In this document: piece by piece, positions 26,271 to 35,185 of the stretch
Position numbering within the stretch: the stretch's first letter is position 1
Layout: each line of letters opens with the position of its first letter
From: a bacterium
GTDB taxonomy: Bacteria; Myxococcota_A; Bradymonadia; Bradymonadales; Bradymonadaceae
Reading direction: 5' to 3'
Assembly (NCBI GenBank): GCA_030427705.1
Contig: JAUIBR010000002.1
Location: 92,631 to 156,630, forward strand
DNA: 64,000 nucleotides
Translations under genes and position numbers: made by a program
The notes under the pieces: generated by a model
What the model was told of the DNA's origin: nothing
Database searches by the model: none
What the model saw: the letters and a program-made list of their open reading frames with translations, nothing else

Positions 26271-29200
26271 ATGACCTCAGACCGCCATGTTATCGCAACG
26301 TACTTGAGCCTGTTGTGCTTCGTTGCGATCGCTACGGTGGTCCCCTCCTCGGTCGCTCAGCAGATGGACAAACTTGGCATCGGCGCACGGGCCGTGCCTT
26401 TGGACGCGCTCGCCGTCACCCAAGTACAGACACAACTGGCCGTTCCTGGGGTGATTGCGCTGACATCGACCTCGCTGAATGCGGCGACAGATTTGGCCAA
26501 TGTACAGACTATCGCCAAATCCGAACGCGATGCCCTGACGATGGCTCGCGACCGTTTTGAAGCGGACGAGTTTGCCGCGGCCGAAAAGATTGCCGCGGCG
26601 GTTGTGCAAGAGTGCGAAAAGAATTCGAAGTCAGCTGAAATCAAAGAGCTTGGGCAGCGAGCACGTATCCTCCTCGCGAACGCGCGGCTGGAACAAGGCG
26701 ACGCGAAGGGCGCGATGAAGGCCTTGCCGCTCGAAGGCACGCCCATCAATGACTACGTGCTTTGGATTCGTGCACGTGCGTTTTCGAAACAGGGCAAACA
26801 TGCTGCCGCGGCTGAAGTGTTTGAAGCGATCGTGAAGCTCGATACGCGAATCCAACATCACGCCACGGTGCATGCCGCACATGAGCTGTTTGCCGCTGGC
26901 AACTGGGCTCACGCGGCTGAGCGCTTGAACCACGTTGTGCAAACCTATCCCGACTATCCCCGGCGACATCAGGCGCTTTATGAGCACGCCGTAGCTTTGG
27001 ACAAGTTGGGGAAAGATGTGGACGCGGCGGATGCCTATTTGCAGACGCATTTTGAGTTCCCATATCGCAATGAAGGCAAGCTGGCCAAGGTGCGCCTCGA
27101 CGAGCTGCAGCAAGCCGGGACGGCACCATCGAAGATGTACTCGCGTACCGAGCTCTATCAGCGATACCGCCGGCTTCGAATCAACAAGCATTGGGACGTC
27201 GCGCGGGCACTGTTTACGCAACTTGCCGAAGACCATGCGACTCCCGAAGGCAATTCAGAGTTTGAGCACGATATTGCATTTCAGTTGGCGCTCAACGATT
27301 ACGGAAGTCGGGCGTTCACGAGTGCAATCAAGCGCCTGAATGGGTTGGTGGCAGCGTATGAGGCCGGCAATACTGATGGTATCTGGTTGCCGAGTGTCTA
27401 CAAGTACCTCAGCCGCTCGCATTCCCGCATGGGGAACGTCGACGAGGCGATGAAAGCTCTTGAAAAGGAGCACGCCCGCGAGAGCCAACGCTCACAGCTC
27501 TTTGCCAAGGCCGAGTTCCTGGAAGAACACGGGCAGTTCCGGGCAGCACTCAAGATTTACGACGAGTTGCGCAGCGCTGGGCAGAAGCGTGGTTGGTCAC
27601 ACACGTGGCTGTTGTACCTCGCCGGTCAGCACGATGCCGCGTTTGAGAATCTCATGCAGCTTGCCGAGCGCAGCTCGGGTCAACGACGAGCTAAGTACTT
27701 GTACTGGGCTGGCCGAACCTTGGAAAACGCAGGCAAATCCCGCGAGGCCAAAGAACTGTACCGAGAGCTGGCGCAGTCACATGGCAGTCGCTACTACGGA
27801 TTCCAGGCGAAGAATCGCATTCTCGACGTCGACCAAGGGCGCGCCAAACAACCGTTGCTTGCTAACGCCGAGCAACTCTCAAACGCGGCCGACCACGTCT
27901 TGGATGCAATGGATGAAGCTGAGCTCGCGCTTGGTGCCTCGCGCGCGGAAGCTGAGTCAGACCCACGGGCACAACAACGCGACAATCGCGAGGTTACGAT
28001 CCAAAAGCCATCGCGCGAGATCTCTCAATGTGAGGCGGAAGTTCAGGCAGAGGTCGACTTCTGCCGAATGGAAGTTGGAGACCTACCCGAACCTGCAATC
28101 GACGTCATGCGTGCAGCATTCACGTCCTCAACCACAGTCGGCTCCGTACTCGCCGCAGGATTGGGAACCGAAGAGCTAGTCTCGCAGTCTGCAGACAACG
28201 ACGACATCCCAGAGCTCGACAGCTACGTTGGACCTGAGCCGTCGGTACCCCTTGGCGCACCAGGCCCACTTGGCGAATCACTGCAAAAAACTAAGTACAC
28301 CACTCCTGGACGCATCCACTGGAATGGCCGATTCGGCTCGACCGTCGAATTCGCGAAATTCCGAAAAGGTGAGCTGTTCGGGCCGCTGCCAAAGGAAATC
28401 AAAGCCTACGACGAAGAAGGCTATATCGGCGGCATCGATCGCGCCGCGAAGAAACTTGGCAAGACGTTCCCCGAGCTTGTTCGTGCCGCATGGCTGTACG
28501 ATGCAGGCATGCACGGCGAAGCCCGCTGGGCGGTTCGTCACGTTTCCATCGAATTCCGTGAGCTGAGCCGGCGTTGGCGCGCTGGCGCACAACCACACGC
28601 GCTCGATAATCAGCGATGGTCTTACTACATCGACAATCGTCGAAAAGACGAAGCTGGAATGTGGGGCCTGCCACTGGACGAACTTCGATACCCCGTTCCA
28701 GAGAACGCCAAAGCCAAGGCGAAGTTGCTGGCACGTCAACAGGCGATCTACGACGGACGCGTCGAGAACAAACCCATCATCATGAACGCGCTGAAAGAAA
28801 TCGGCGACCACTTCATGGTGCGTAAGATGACGCTCGGCACGGGTGGCTGGTACCGACGGGACCCAACTGGCCCATCTCGGCCAAGCTGGATGCAGGCGTA
28901 CCCACGAGCCTTCCCTGAGCTCGTCATGCGCGAAGCCAAGAAGAACGGACTGAATCCGTATGTCCTCTGGGCCCTGATGACGGTCGAGAGTTCGTACAAT
29001 CCTGACAGCGTCTCGCCGGCCGACGCGCTCGGGTTGTTGCAGGTCATCCCGAAAACCGGCCTGAAGACCGCATTGATGCTTGGGGACACGAATTTTGGTC
29101 CACATGATTTGCTCGAAGCCGAGAACGCCGTGAAACACGGTGCGTTCTATTTCGGAAAACTCCTTCACAAATTCCACGGGCAAGAACTGCTTGCCTTTGC

Positions 29201-29426
29201 CGGCTACAACGGTGGCCCGCACCGCGTCGGTGACTGGCTCGATATGCGCGGTGACAAGATGACGCTCGACGAGTTCATCGAGACGATTCCGTTCGACGAA
29301 GCGCGTGGTTACGCGAAGAAGGTGTCGCGATTCGTTGCGCTCTACCTGCGAATCTACGAAGGGCACGACGGACTGTATATCGGCCAAAACCTCCGTGCCG
29401 ATTACAAACCACACCCCAAGTTCTAG
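26271..29426 (+). CDS. Periplasmic TPR-repeat protein with a C-terminal soluble lytic transglycosylase (SLT) domain
   Basis: Signal peptide. N-terminal TPR-like repeats. SLT catalytic region LWALMTVESSYNPDSVSPADALGLLQVIP ... AGYNGG. Confidence 0.8.
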   Translation: MTSDRHVIATYLSLLCFVAIATVVPSSVAQQMDKLGIGARAVPLDALAVTQVQTQLAVPGVIALTSTSLNAATDLANVQTIAKSERDALTMARDRFEADEFAAAEKIAAAVVQECEKNSKSAEIKELGQRARILLANARLEQGDAKGAMKALPLEGTPINDYVLWIRARAFSKQGKHAAAAEVFEAIVKLDTRIQHHATVHAAHELFAAGNWAHAAERLNHVVQTYPDYPRRHQALYEHAVALDKLGKDVDAADAYLQTHFEFPYRNEGKLAKVRLDELQQAGTAPSKMYSRTELYQRYRRLRINKHWDVARALFTQLAEDHATPEGNSEFEHDIAFQLALNDYGSRAFTSAIKRLNGLVAAYEAGNTDGIWLPSVYKYLSRSHSRMGNVDEAMKALEKEHARESQRSQLFAKAEFLEEHGQFRAALKIYDELRSAGQKRGWSHTWLLYLAGQHDAAFENLMQLAERSSGQRRAKYLYWAGRTLENAGKSREAKELYRELAQSHGSRYYGFQAKNRILDVDQGRAKQPLLANAEQLSNAADHVLDAMDEAELALGASRAEAESDPRAQQRDNREVTIQKPSREISQCEAEVQAEVDFCRMEVGDLPEPAIDVMRAAFTSSTTVGSVLAAGLGTEELVSQSADNDDIPELDSYVGPEPSVPLGAPGPLGESLQKTKYTTPGRIHWNGRFGSTVEFAKFRKGELFGPLPKEIKAYDEEGYIGGIDRAAKKLGKTFPELVRAAWLYDAGMHGEARWAVRHVSIEFRELSRRWRAGAQPHALDNQRWSYYIDNRRKDEAGMWGLPLDELRYPVPENAKAKAKLLARQQAIYDGRVENKPIIMNALKEIGDHFMVRKMTLGTGGWYRRDPTGPSRPSWMQAYPRAFPELVMREAKKNGLNPYVLWALMTVESSYNPDSVSPADALGLLQVIPKTGLKTALMLGDTNFGPHDLLEAENAVKHGAFYFGKLLHKFHGQELLAFAGYNGGPHRVGDWLDMRGDKMTLDEFIETIPFDEARGYAKKVSRFVALYLRIYEGHDGLYIGQNLRADYKPHPKF

Positions 29427-29500
29427 GCGCCCTGCCCGCCAAGCTTGCCACGATCACGGCAATCCTTTAGAAGCTGCGTTGGTTTTTTGACTGAGCAGTT

Positions 29501-30751
29501 ATGAAGCGAATTACGCTCATCTTAAAGGGGATGGCGATGGGGACCGCCGACGTCATCCCAGGCGTCAGCGGCGGCACGCTTGCCCTCATCCTGGGCATCT
29601 ACAAGGAGCTGGTAGACACGATCAAAGGTCTGTCGCCAACCATCTTGTTCCTCTGCCTCACCTGGCTGAAAAACGGCCGCACGTCTGAGGATTTCGAGAA
29701 GATCCGGGAAGAGTTCGACCGCCTGAATATCATGTTCCTGGTGCCGCTGGGCACAGGAATCGTCTCAGCTATCGTGGTGGGCAGCGTCATCATTCCATCG
29801 CTGATGGAGAGCTACCCAGTCGCGATGCGCGCGCTGTTCTTTGGCCTTATCGCCGCCAGCGTGTTTGTCCCATTTCGTATGATTAAGATCGGTAGCGCAC
29901 CTCAGGTCGCGACCGTTGCGCTGATGGCTGCCCTGGGCGGAGCCGCAGGATTCGTCATCTCCAATCCCGCGAACTCATTTAGCTCCAGTCGGACCTGGAC
30001 GACCGTAACGCCTGCCGAATCGATGCCCCTGAAAGACGTTCTTCGTCGTGGGCCAAGCTCATTGTCTGCGGAGCAAGTCTTCTGGGACGAGAAGAACACC
30101 GCACTGCGCGACGCCGTCGAGACCAATGACGCAGAAACGTTTGCAAAACTGGCCGTGCTCAAGGAACAGCACAAGGAACCGGCTTTCGACAAGAAGACGC
30201 TGAAGGCACGCAGCGAGCCGTATCAGACGGTCTCCGTGCCAAAAGGCACGCCGGTGGATATGCCACAACCCACTCTGTGGTTTGTCTTCTTAGCGGGCCT
30301 CATTGCCATCTGTGCGATGATCCTGCCGGGCATCAGCGGGTCGTATATTCTGCTGATCTTCGGGGTGTACTTCTTCGTGCTCAACTCGCTCAAGGGATTC
30401 CTGTCTCTGGCGGCGAGTGGGGAGTTTTCGACGGTGCACCTGGCATATGTTTCTGTGTTTTGCGCCGGATGTTTGATAGGCATTCTGAGCTTTGCGAGAC
30501 TGCTCAGCTACTTACTGGATAAGCACGCGCCTTTGACATTGGGCGTGCTTGTTGGCTTGATGGTTGGCTGTCTGCGCGGTATTTGGCCTTTCCGAGACGA
30601 GACGAGCGGTGTTGCGAAGAACATCATGCCCGCGCAGTTTGATGAAACGGTCATAAGCGCCATCGTCGCATGTTTGTTGGGCGCGGCGGTCGTCGCCGGG
30701 TTCACATGGTTAGGCCGCTCGCGGTCCGAAGGAGAAGCGGTAAATGCATAG
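29501..30751 (+). CDS. DUF368-family integral membrane protein with an inserted soluble loop
   Basis: GTADVIPGVSGGT is repeated as ILPGISGSY in the second half. Multi-TM. Confidence 0.65.
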   Translation: MKRITLILKGMAMGTADVIPGVSGGTLALILGIYKELVDTIKGLSPTILFLCLTWLKNGRTSEDFEKIREEFDRLNIMFLVPLGTGIVSAIVVGSVIIPSLMESYPVAMRALFFGLIAASVFVPFRMIKIGSAPQVATVALMAALGGAAGFVISNPANSFSSSRTWTTVTPAESMPLKDVLRRGPSSLSAEQVFWDEKNTALRDAVETNDAETFAKLAVLKEQHKEPAFDKKTLKARSEPYQTVSVPKGTPVDMPQPTLWFVFLAGLIAICAMILPGISGSYILLIFGVYFFVLNSLKGFLSLAASGEFSTVHLAYVSVFCAGCLIGILSFARLLSYLLDKHAPLTLGVLVGLMVGCLRGIWPFRDETSGVAKNIMPAQFDETVISAIVACLLGAAVVAGFTWLGRSRSEGEAVNA

Positions 30752-31637
30752 ATTTGCATACCTTGTTGTCGTCGCATCGTTGTTCGCCTCCTCGTTGGCT
30801 TTTGCTGACATGGGCGACATGGACATGAGCGTGAGCGACATGGACATGAGCGTCAGCGACATGGGCGCCAATGATATGGACATGAGCATCGGCGACATGG
30901 CCGACATGAGCGATATGGCACCCAGCGACATGGCAACAGACATGGTCGCGGACCTCGGAGACATGGCTCCTGACGCCGATATGGCCGACATGAACAACGG
31001 CCCATTTGTCTTTGAAGGCGTGATTGAACTGCGCGACCAACCCGATTGGAGTGGTTCCCTCATCGCGCTGACTAGCGACACGGATGCTTTCGCCGCCACT
31101 ACCGGCGCAAACGGCCTGTTTCGATTTGAGGCAGTTCCAGCTGGCACCTATCAGCTTGAGGTTAGCCAGACCGGATACACAAGCGTTTCCGAAGAACTCG
31201 TGATTTCACGGGAGTTAACGCGACGTTTTGTCCTCTACCCAGAAGGTTCCGCGACGGTCACCCTTCAAATTGAACTCGCTGAGGCACCTGCAGAAGGCGA
31301 CGGAGATACTGTCGAAATTTCCCTCACCTCGGAACGCGGTCAAGTGACCGAGTCTCTACCCCTCGCTGGCGGCACCGTTGTTGAGTGGAGTGGTGAGCTT
31401 GAGACGGGTTCCTGGACCGCAGATGTTGAGCTCGACGGCTTCTTGCCAGCTTCATACGCAATCACGGTTGAAGACGAAGACATCGACGTCAACATGACCC
31501 TGTTCAAGTTCCAGACAGGTGATGTGACGACGCGTGAAGAATGCGCCTGCCGCACTATCAATGCCGATGCGGGTGTGCCGTTCGTTGGCCTGCTCTTGCT
31601 TATCGGTGGAATGTTCGTCCGACGCCGGCGCGCCTAA
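30744..31637 (+). CDS. Secreted protein with an N-terminal (Asp-Met)n low-complexity repeat, a transthyretin/CarboxypepD_reg-like domain and a MYXO-CTERM-like anchor
   Basis: Signal peptide MHRFAYLVVVASLFASSLAFA. More than 20 DM dipeptides within about 60 aa. GLFRFEAVPAGTYQLEV. C-terminus CACRTINADAGVPFVGLLLLIGGMFVRRRRA. Confidence 0.6.
   Translation: MHRFAYLVVVASLFASSLAFADMGDMDMSVSDMDMSVSDMGANDMDMSIGDMADMSDMAPSDMATDMVADLGDMAPDADMADMNNGPFVFEGVIELRDQPDWSGSLIALTSDTDAFAATTGANGLFRFEAVPAGTYQLEVSQTGYTSVSEELVISRELTRRFVLYPEGSATVTLQIELAEAPAEGDGDTVEISLTSERGQVTESLPLAGGTVVEWSGELETGSWTADVELDGFLPASYAITVEDEDIDVNMTLFKFQTGDVTTREECACRTINADAGVPFVGLLLLIGGMFVRRRRA
30807..30992. repeat. Tandem GACATG hexamer-based repeat (coding, Asp-Met repeats)
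   Basis: gacatgggcgacatggacatgagcgtgagcgacatggacatg... read directly. Confidence 0.8.
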
Positions 31638-32371
31638 TGGGAATCTTCGACAACGTTAAATCGGCGCTGGGGATTGGACTTGGCTCGCTTGATGTTGTCG
31701 TCGCAGAACGCTCCAACCTTGGTGACAATCTTGAGGGAACGGTCACGTTTACAGCCAACAAGAACGTGAACGTGGTTCTTTTGGGCGTACGCCTGATCCA
31801 TCGATTCTACGCTGACCACATGCTCGACGAGATGATTCTGGACGAGCTCGCCCTGCTGGAGCGGGCTTCGTTTGCGGCGAGCGAGACGGTCACCCGTGAG
31901 TTCGAGCTAATCCTTCCGTTTGAAGCTGTGCCGACCGCTCCCGGCTTTAGCTGGCACGTGGAAGTGCTTCTGCAGCCGCAGAGTGGCGATGTCATCAGTA
32001 AGAAAGTGGAGGCTCGTGTTGAGATGTCGGTCGTGGGCGGAGCAATCCACCATGTCCTGCAGACGCAGTTCGGGTTCAAACCAACAGCCTGGGAAGCGAT
32101 TGAAGACGGCTTGGTCATTGGATACGAGCCGGACGCTTCTGTCCGACGACAGTTCAGCAGTCTACAGGTCCTTTATGATGAAGGTCCGGATGAGCTAGAG
32201 GTCGGTTTCACAACAAATTTCACGCCTGCGGCACTTCATCGACTCGCCGATAAGTACGATGAGGAGCAGAATATCGTTTGGTTGTCGCTTCGGAGATCCG
32301 AATTTGTTAACTCTGGAGCAGACTATCAGGCGATATACGCCGAACTTCGACCGCTTTTTGCGCTCGAGTAG
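31637..32371 (+). CDS. Spo0M-like (arrestin-fold) protein
   Basis: ATG at 31637 overlaps the upstream stop (TAATG). The N-terminus [22 protein letters not shown] resembles the Spo0M family N-terminus. Confidence 0.5.
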   Translation: MGIFDNVKSALGIGLGSLDVVVAERSNLGDNLEGTVTFTANKNVNVVLLGVRLIHRFYADHMLDEMILDELALLERASFAASETVTREFELILPFEAVPTAPGFSWHVEVLLQPQSGDVISKKVEARVEMSVVGGAIHHVLQTQFGFKPTAWEAIEDGLVIGYEPDASVRRQFSSLQVLYDEGPDELEVGFTTNFTPAALHRLADKYDEEQNIVWLSLRRSEFVNSGADYQAIYAELRPLFALE

Positions 32372-32385
32372 CACCGGAGACCAAG

Positions 32386-33732
32386 ATGGTCCGACTGAAA
32401 AGAGGATGGATCCTCATCGTGCTGGCCCTGTTCGTACTCTCGCTCGGCTGCGACGGAGCCGACTTCGATGAAGACGGAATCCCGGACACCAAAGACAATT
32501 GTCCACAAATAAAGAATCCCGACCAAAGTGATGCGGACGGCGATGACCACGGCGATGTTTGCGACATTTGTCCGAACGACAGCGACCCGCGTCAGGAAGA
32601 TGAGGACGATGACGGTGCCGGCGATGCCTGTGACAATTGCTTGGGTTTGGCAAACGCCGACCAGAGTGATGTCGACAGCGACGGGCTCGGCGATGCCTGC
32701 GACCCCGATATCGACAACGACGGACTTGAGAACGACGTAGACAACTGCCCATCGGATGCAAATCCAGGCCAAGAAGATGGCGATTCTGATGGCGCGGGTG
32801 ACGTATGTGATGTTTGCCCTGAGCTGTCCAATCCTGGTCAGGAAGACGCCGATGAAGATGGTCGCGGCGATATCTGCGATATCTGTCCGGACAACTTCGA
32901 TCCGAATCAGGAAGATACGGACGAAGACGGGCCAGGTGATGCGTGCGATGTCTGCCCGTTCATGGCGAACCCGGAGCAAGAGGACGAAGACTCGGATGGG
33001 CGAGGCGATATCTGCGACAACTGCCCCCAGACGCCAAACTCTGACCAACGCGATGAAGACCTCGATGGCGAAGGTGATGTGTGCGACTCCGACATCGACG
33101 GTGATGAAATCCCGAATGTGCGCGATAACTGCCCCGTCGTTGCCAACCCCAACCAGGGAGACAGCGATGGCGATGATGTGGGAACAGCCTGCGACAACTG
33201 TCCAACGGTCGTAAACACATCCCAGCTAGATAGCGATGTCGATGGGTTAGGCGACGAATGCGACAACTGCCCTGAGGCCGCCAATGCCAACCAGATGGAC
33301 GTGGACGGTGACGACGTGGGCGATGTCTGCGACCCATGTCCGATGATGGCGAACATGAGCTCGGTCGACACCGATGGCGATGGCGTGCCCGACGAATGCG
33401 ACAATTGCCCTCGCGTCCAAAGCGAAGACCAAACTGACACCGATGGCGATGGATTCGGCGACGCATGCGATAACTGCACATACGTCATGAACCCGCAGCA
33501 GCTGGACTCCGACAACGACATCATTGGCGACAGCTGCGACAACTGCCCGATGAACCCCAACACGGACCAAAAAGACACTGACCAGAACGGAATCGGTGAC
33601 GTCTGTGACTGCATGGGCCCCGATCAAGACGGTGACGGGCATCCGGATATGTGCGACAATTGCGCTTCCATCTTCAATCCGGACCAGCTGGACCAGAACC
33701 AGAACGGGATTGGCGATATTTGTGAGGTGTAG
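32386..33732 (+). CDS. Lipoprotein built almost entirely of thrombospondin type-3 (calcium-binding) repeats
   Basis: Lipobox LSLGCDG. More than 20 copies of D.D.DG.GD.CDNCP.. N(P/A)DQ.D. Confidence 0.75.
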   Translation: MVRLKRGWILIVLALFVLSLGCDGADFDEDGIPDTKDNCPQIKNPDQSDADGDDHGDVCDICPNDSDPRQEDEDDDGAGDACDNCLGLANADQSDVDSDGLGDACDPDIDNDGLENDVDNCPSDANPGQEDGDSDGAGDVCDVCPELSNPGQEDADEDGRGDICDICPDNFDPNQEDTDEDGPGDACDVCPFMANPEQEDEDSDGRGDICDNCPQTPNSDQRDEDLDGEGDVCDSDIDGDEIPNVRDNCPVVANPNQGDSDGDDVGTACDNCPTVVNTSQLDSDVDGLGDECDNCPEAANANQMDVDGDDVGDVCDPCPMMANMSSVDTDGDGVPDECDNCPRVQSEDQTDTDGDGFGDACDNCTYVMNPQQLDSDNDIIGDSCDNCPMNPNTDQKDTDQNGIGDVCDCMGPDQDGDGHPDMCDNCASIFNPDQLDQNQNGIGDICEV

Positions 33733-33735
33733 TCG

Positions 33736-34185
33736 ATGGAAATAAGCGCTCGCACAATGTACGGACTCAGGGCGTTGGTCACGATGGCAGGTGCCCGGAC
33801 CAAAGACCCTATGAGCATCCAGACAATCGCCGAGCGCGAAGGCCTTCCATCGAAGTTCCTTGAAGGCATCATGGCCGACCTCAAACGTGGTGGCTTCGTT
33901 CGAAGCCGACGTGGTGCCAGTGGTGGATACCTCCTGAACAAGCCCGCCAGCGAAATCACAATCCTAGATATCATTCGTCATCTTGACGGACCGGTCGCCC
34001 CGGCCCGATTTGAGGACCGAACCTCTGGCGAAGACATGACGGAGCGGCAGAAGGCGTTCACGCCTGTATGGACCGAAGTTCGCGATGCACAGATTCGAGT
34101 GCTTGAGACCTACACAATTCAATCCATCGCCGACTCTGTCCCTGAGGACCCTCTTGGCGAATTCCACCCGATTTATCAGATCTGA
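33736..34185 (+). CDS. Rrf2-family transcriptional regulator (Cys-free, so cluster-less)
   Basis: N-terminal wHTH RTMYGLRALVTMA ... SIQTIAEREGLP ... ASGGYLL. There is no Cys in the whole protein. Confidence 0.78.
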   Translation: MEISARTMYGLRALVTMAGARTKDPMSIQTIAEREGLPSKFLEGIMADLKRGGFVRSRRGASGGYLLNKPASEITILDIIRHLDGPVAPARFEDRTSGEDMTERQKAFTPVWTEVRDAQIRVLETYTIQSIADSVPEDPLGEFHPIYQI

Positions 34186-34194
34186 GGCTGCGCG

Positions 34195-35046
34195 ATGACG
34201 ACACCTAAAATGGCCGTTCCCATTGTGGAAGCTACGTTTGGACTTGATGGTGGCGCGATGTTCGGCATCGTCCCTCGCCCGCTCTGGGAGCGTTCAAACC
34301 CGGCTGATGACAATAATCGGATCGACCTTGCGACGCGTTGTCTCTACGTCGAGTACGACGATGGCATGCGTGTCCTCGTAGACGTCGGAATCGGCACGAA
34401 ATGGTCCGAGAAAGAGCGTGGAATCTACAAGATCGACAATCAGGACTCAGGCCTTACCAAGGCGCTGAAAGAGCAGTTTAACTGCACGCCCGACGATATC
34501 GACCATGTCGTCCTGACCCATCTTCACTTTGATCACGCGGGCGGATTGAGCCGTTGGTCGGACGATACCGGTGCCTCGGAAGCCGTGTTCAACAACGCTC
34601 ATCACTGGGTACAGCGCCGCAACTGGGCTTGGGCTCACGCGCCGAGTGCTCGGGATGGTGGCAGTTACCGAAACGAAGATTTTGGTTTCCTGGCGGGATT
34701 GGATGCGCCGGATATGACGCATGTCGATGGAATCGACGAGATTCTGCCTGGAATCGAGGTCATCCCCTGCCACGGCCACACTTTTGGCATGCAGCTGGTC
34801 AAAGTGACGACTCCTGATGGGATCTACGTGCACTGTGCCGACTTGATCCCCACCGCGTCTCATCTGAAGGACGCGTATGTGATGGGATACGACCTGCAAC
34901 CGTTGGAAACGGTCAAAGAGAAACGTGCCCTCCTCTATGAAGCGATGCGCCACGATTGGATTCTGGTCTTCGAGCACGATCCAAACATGGCATGTGCCCG
35001 TGTCGAAGCCGACAAGCGTGGCCGCCCAGTCGCCGTCCCCGTCTAA
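34195..35046 (+). CDS. MBL-fold metallo-hydrolase
   Basis: HVVLTHLHFDHAGG (HxHxDH motif), plus downstream His and Asp ligands. Confidence 0.75.
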   Translation: MTTPKMAVPIVEATFGLDGGAMFGIVPRPLWERSNPADDNNRIDLATRCLYVEYDDGMRVLVDVGIGTKWSEKERGIYKIDNQDSGLTKALKEQFNCTPDDIDHVVLTHLHFDHAGGLSRWSDDTGASEAVFNNAHHWVQRRNWAWAHAPSARDGGSYRNEDFGFLAGLDAPDMTHVDGIDEILPGIEVIPCHGHTFGMQLVKVTTPDGIYVHCADLIPTASHLKDAYVMGYDLQPLETVKEKRALLYEAMRHDWILVFEHDPNMACARVEADKRGRPVAVPV

Positions 35047-35185
35047 CCCTGATGCCAGCGAACGTACTCGATGAATCGTGAGTAGTGGAATCGTGTAGGC
35101 AAATGTGGTAGTCAGCCCCGTTCGAAATGAACTGTCTACTCGTTCCCAATTGAATTGATGACTGGGAACACTGGGAGGTTATTGG

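Noticed and set aside
30702-31147. Minus-strand ORFs encoding His-rich peptides (HVGHVADAHVHV...) antisense to the (GACATG)n repeat
   Set aside because: Artifact of the hexamer repeat (CATGTC reads as His-Val). The plus-strand gene has a signal peptide, a folded domain and a C-terminal sorting tail, so the plus strand is the coding strand.
31541-31636. Upstream extension of the Spo0M-like ORF (track start 31541, MRLPHYQCRCGC...)
   Set aside because: It lies inside the C-terminal coding region of the upstream gene. The ATG at 31637 in the TAATG overlap gives the family-typical MGIFD N-terminus.
32326-33732. Multiple long antisense or alternative-frame ORFs (32326..33048 -, 32907..33614 -, 32960..33481 -, 32756..33214 +, etc.) across the TSP3-repeat gene
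   Set aside because: Repeat-induced open frames with low-complexity translations (Arg/His/Ser-rich). The plus-strand frame gives canonical TSP3 repeats with a lipoprotein signal.
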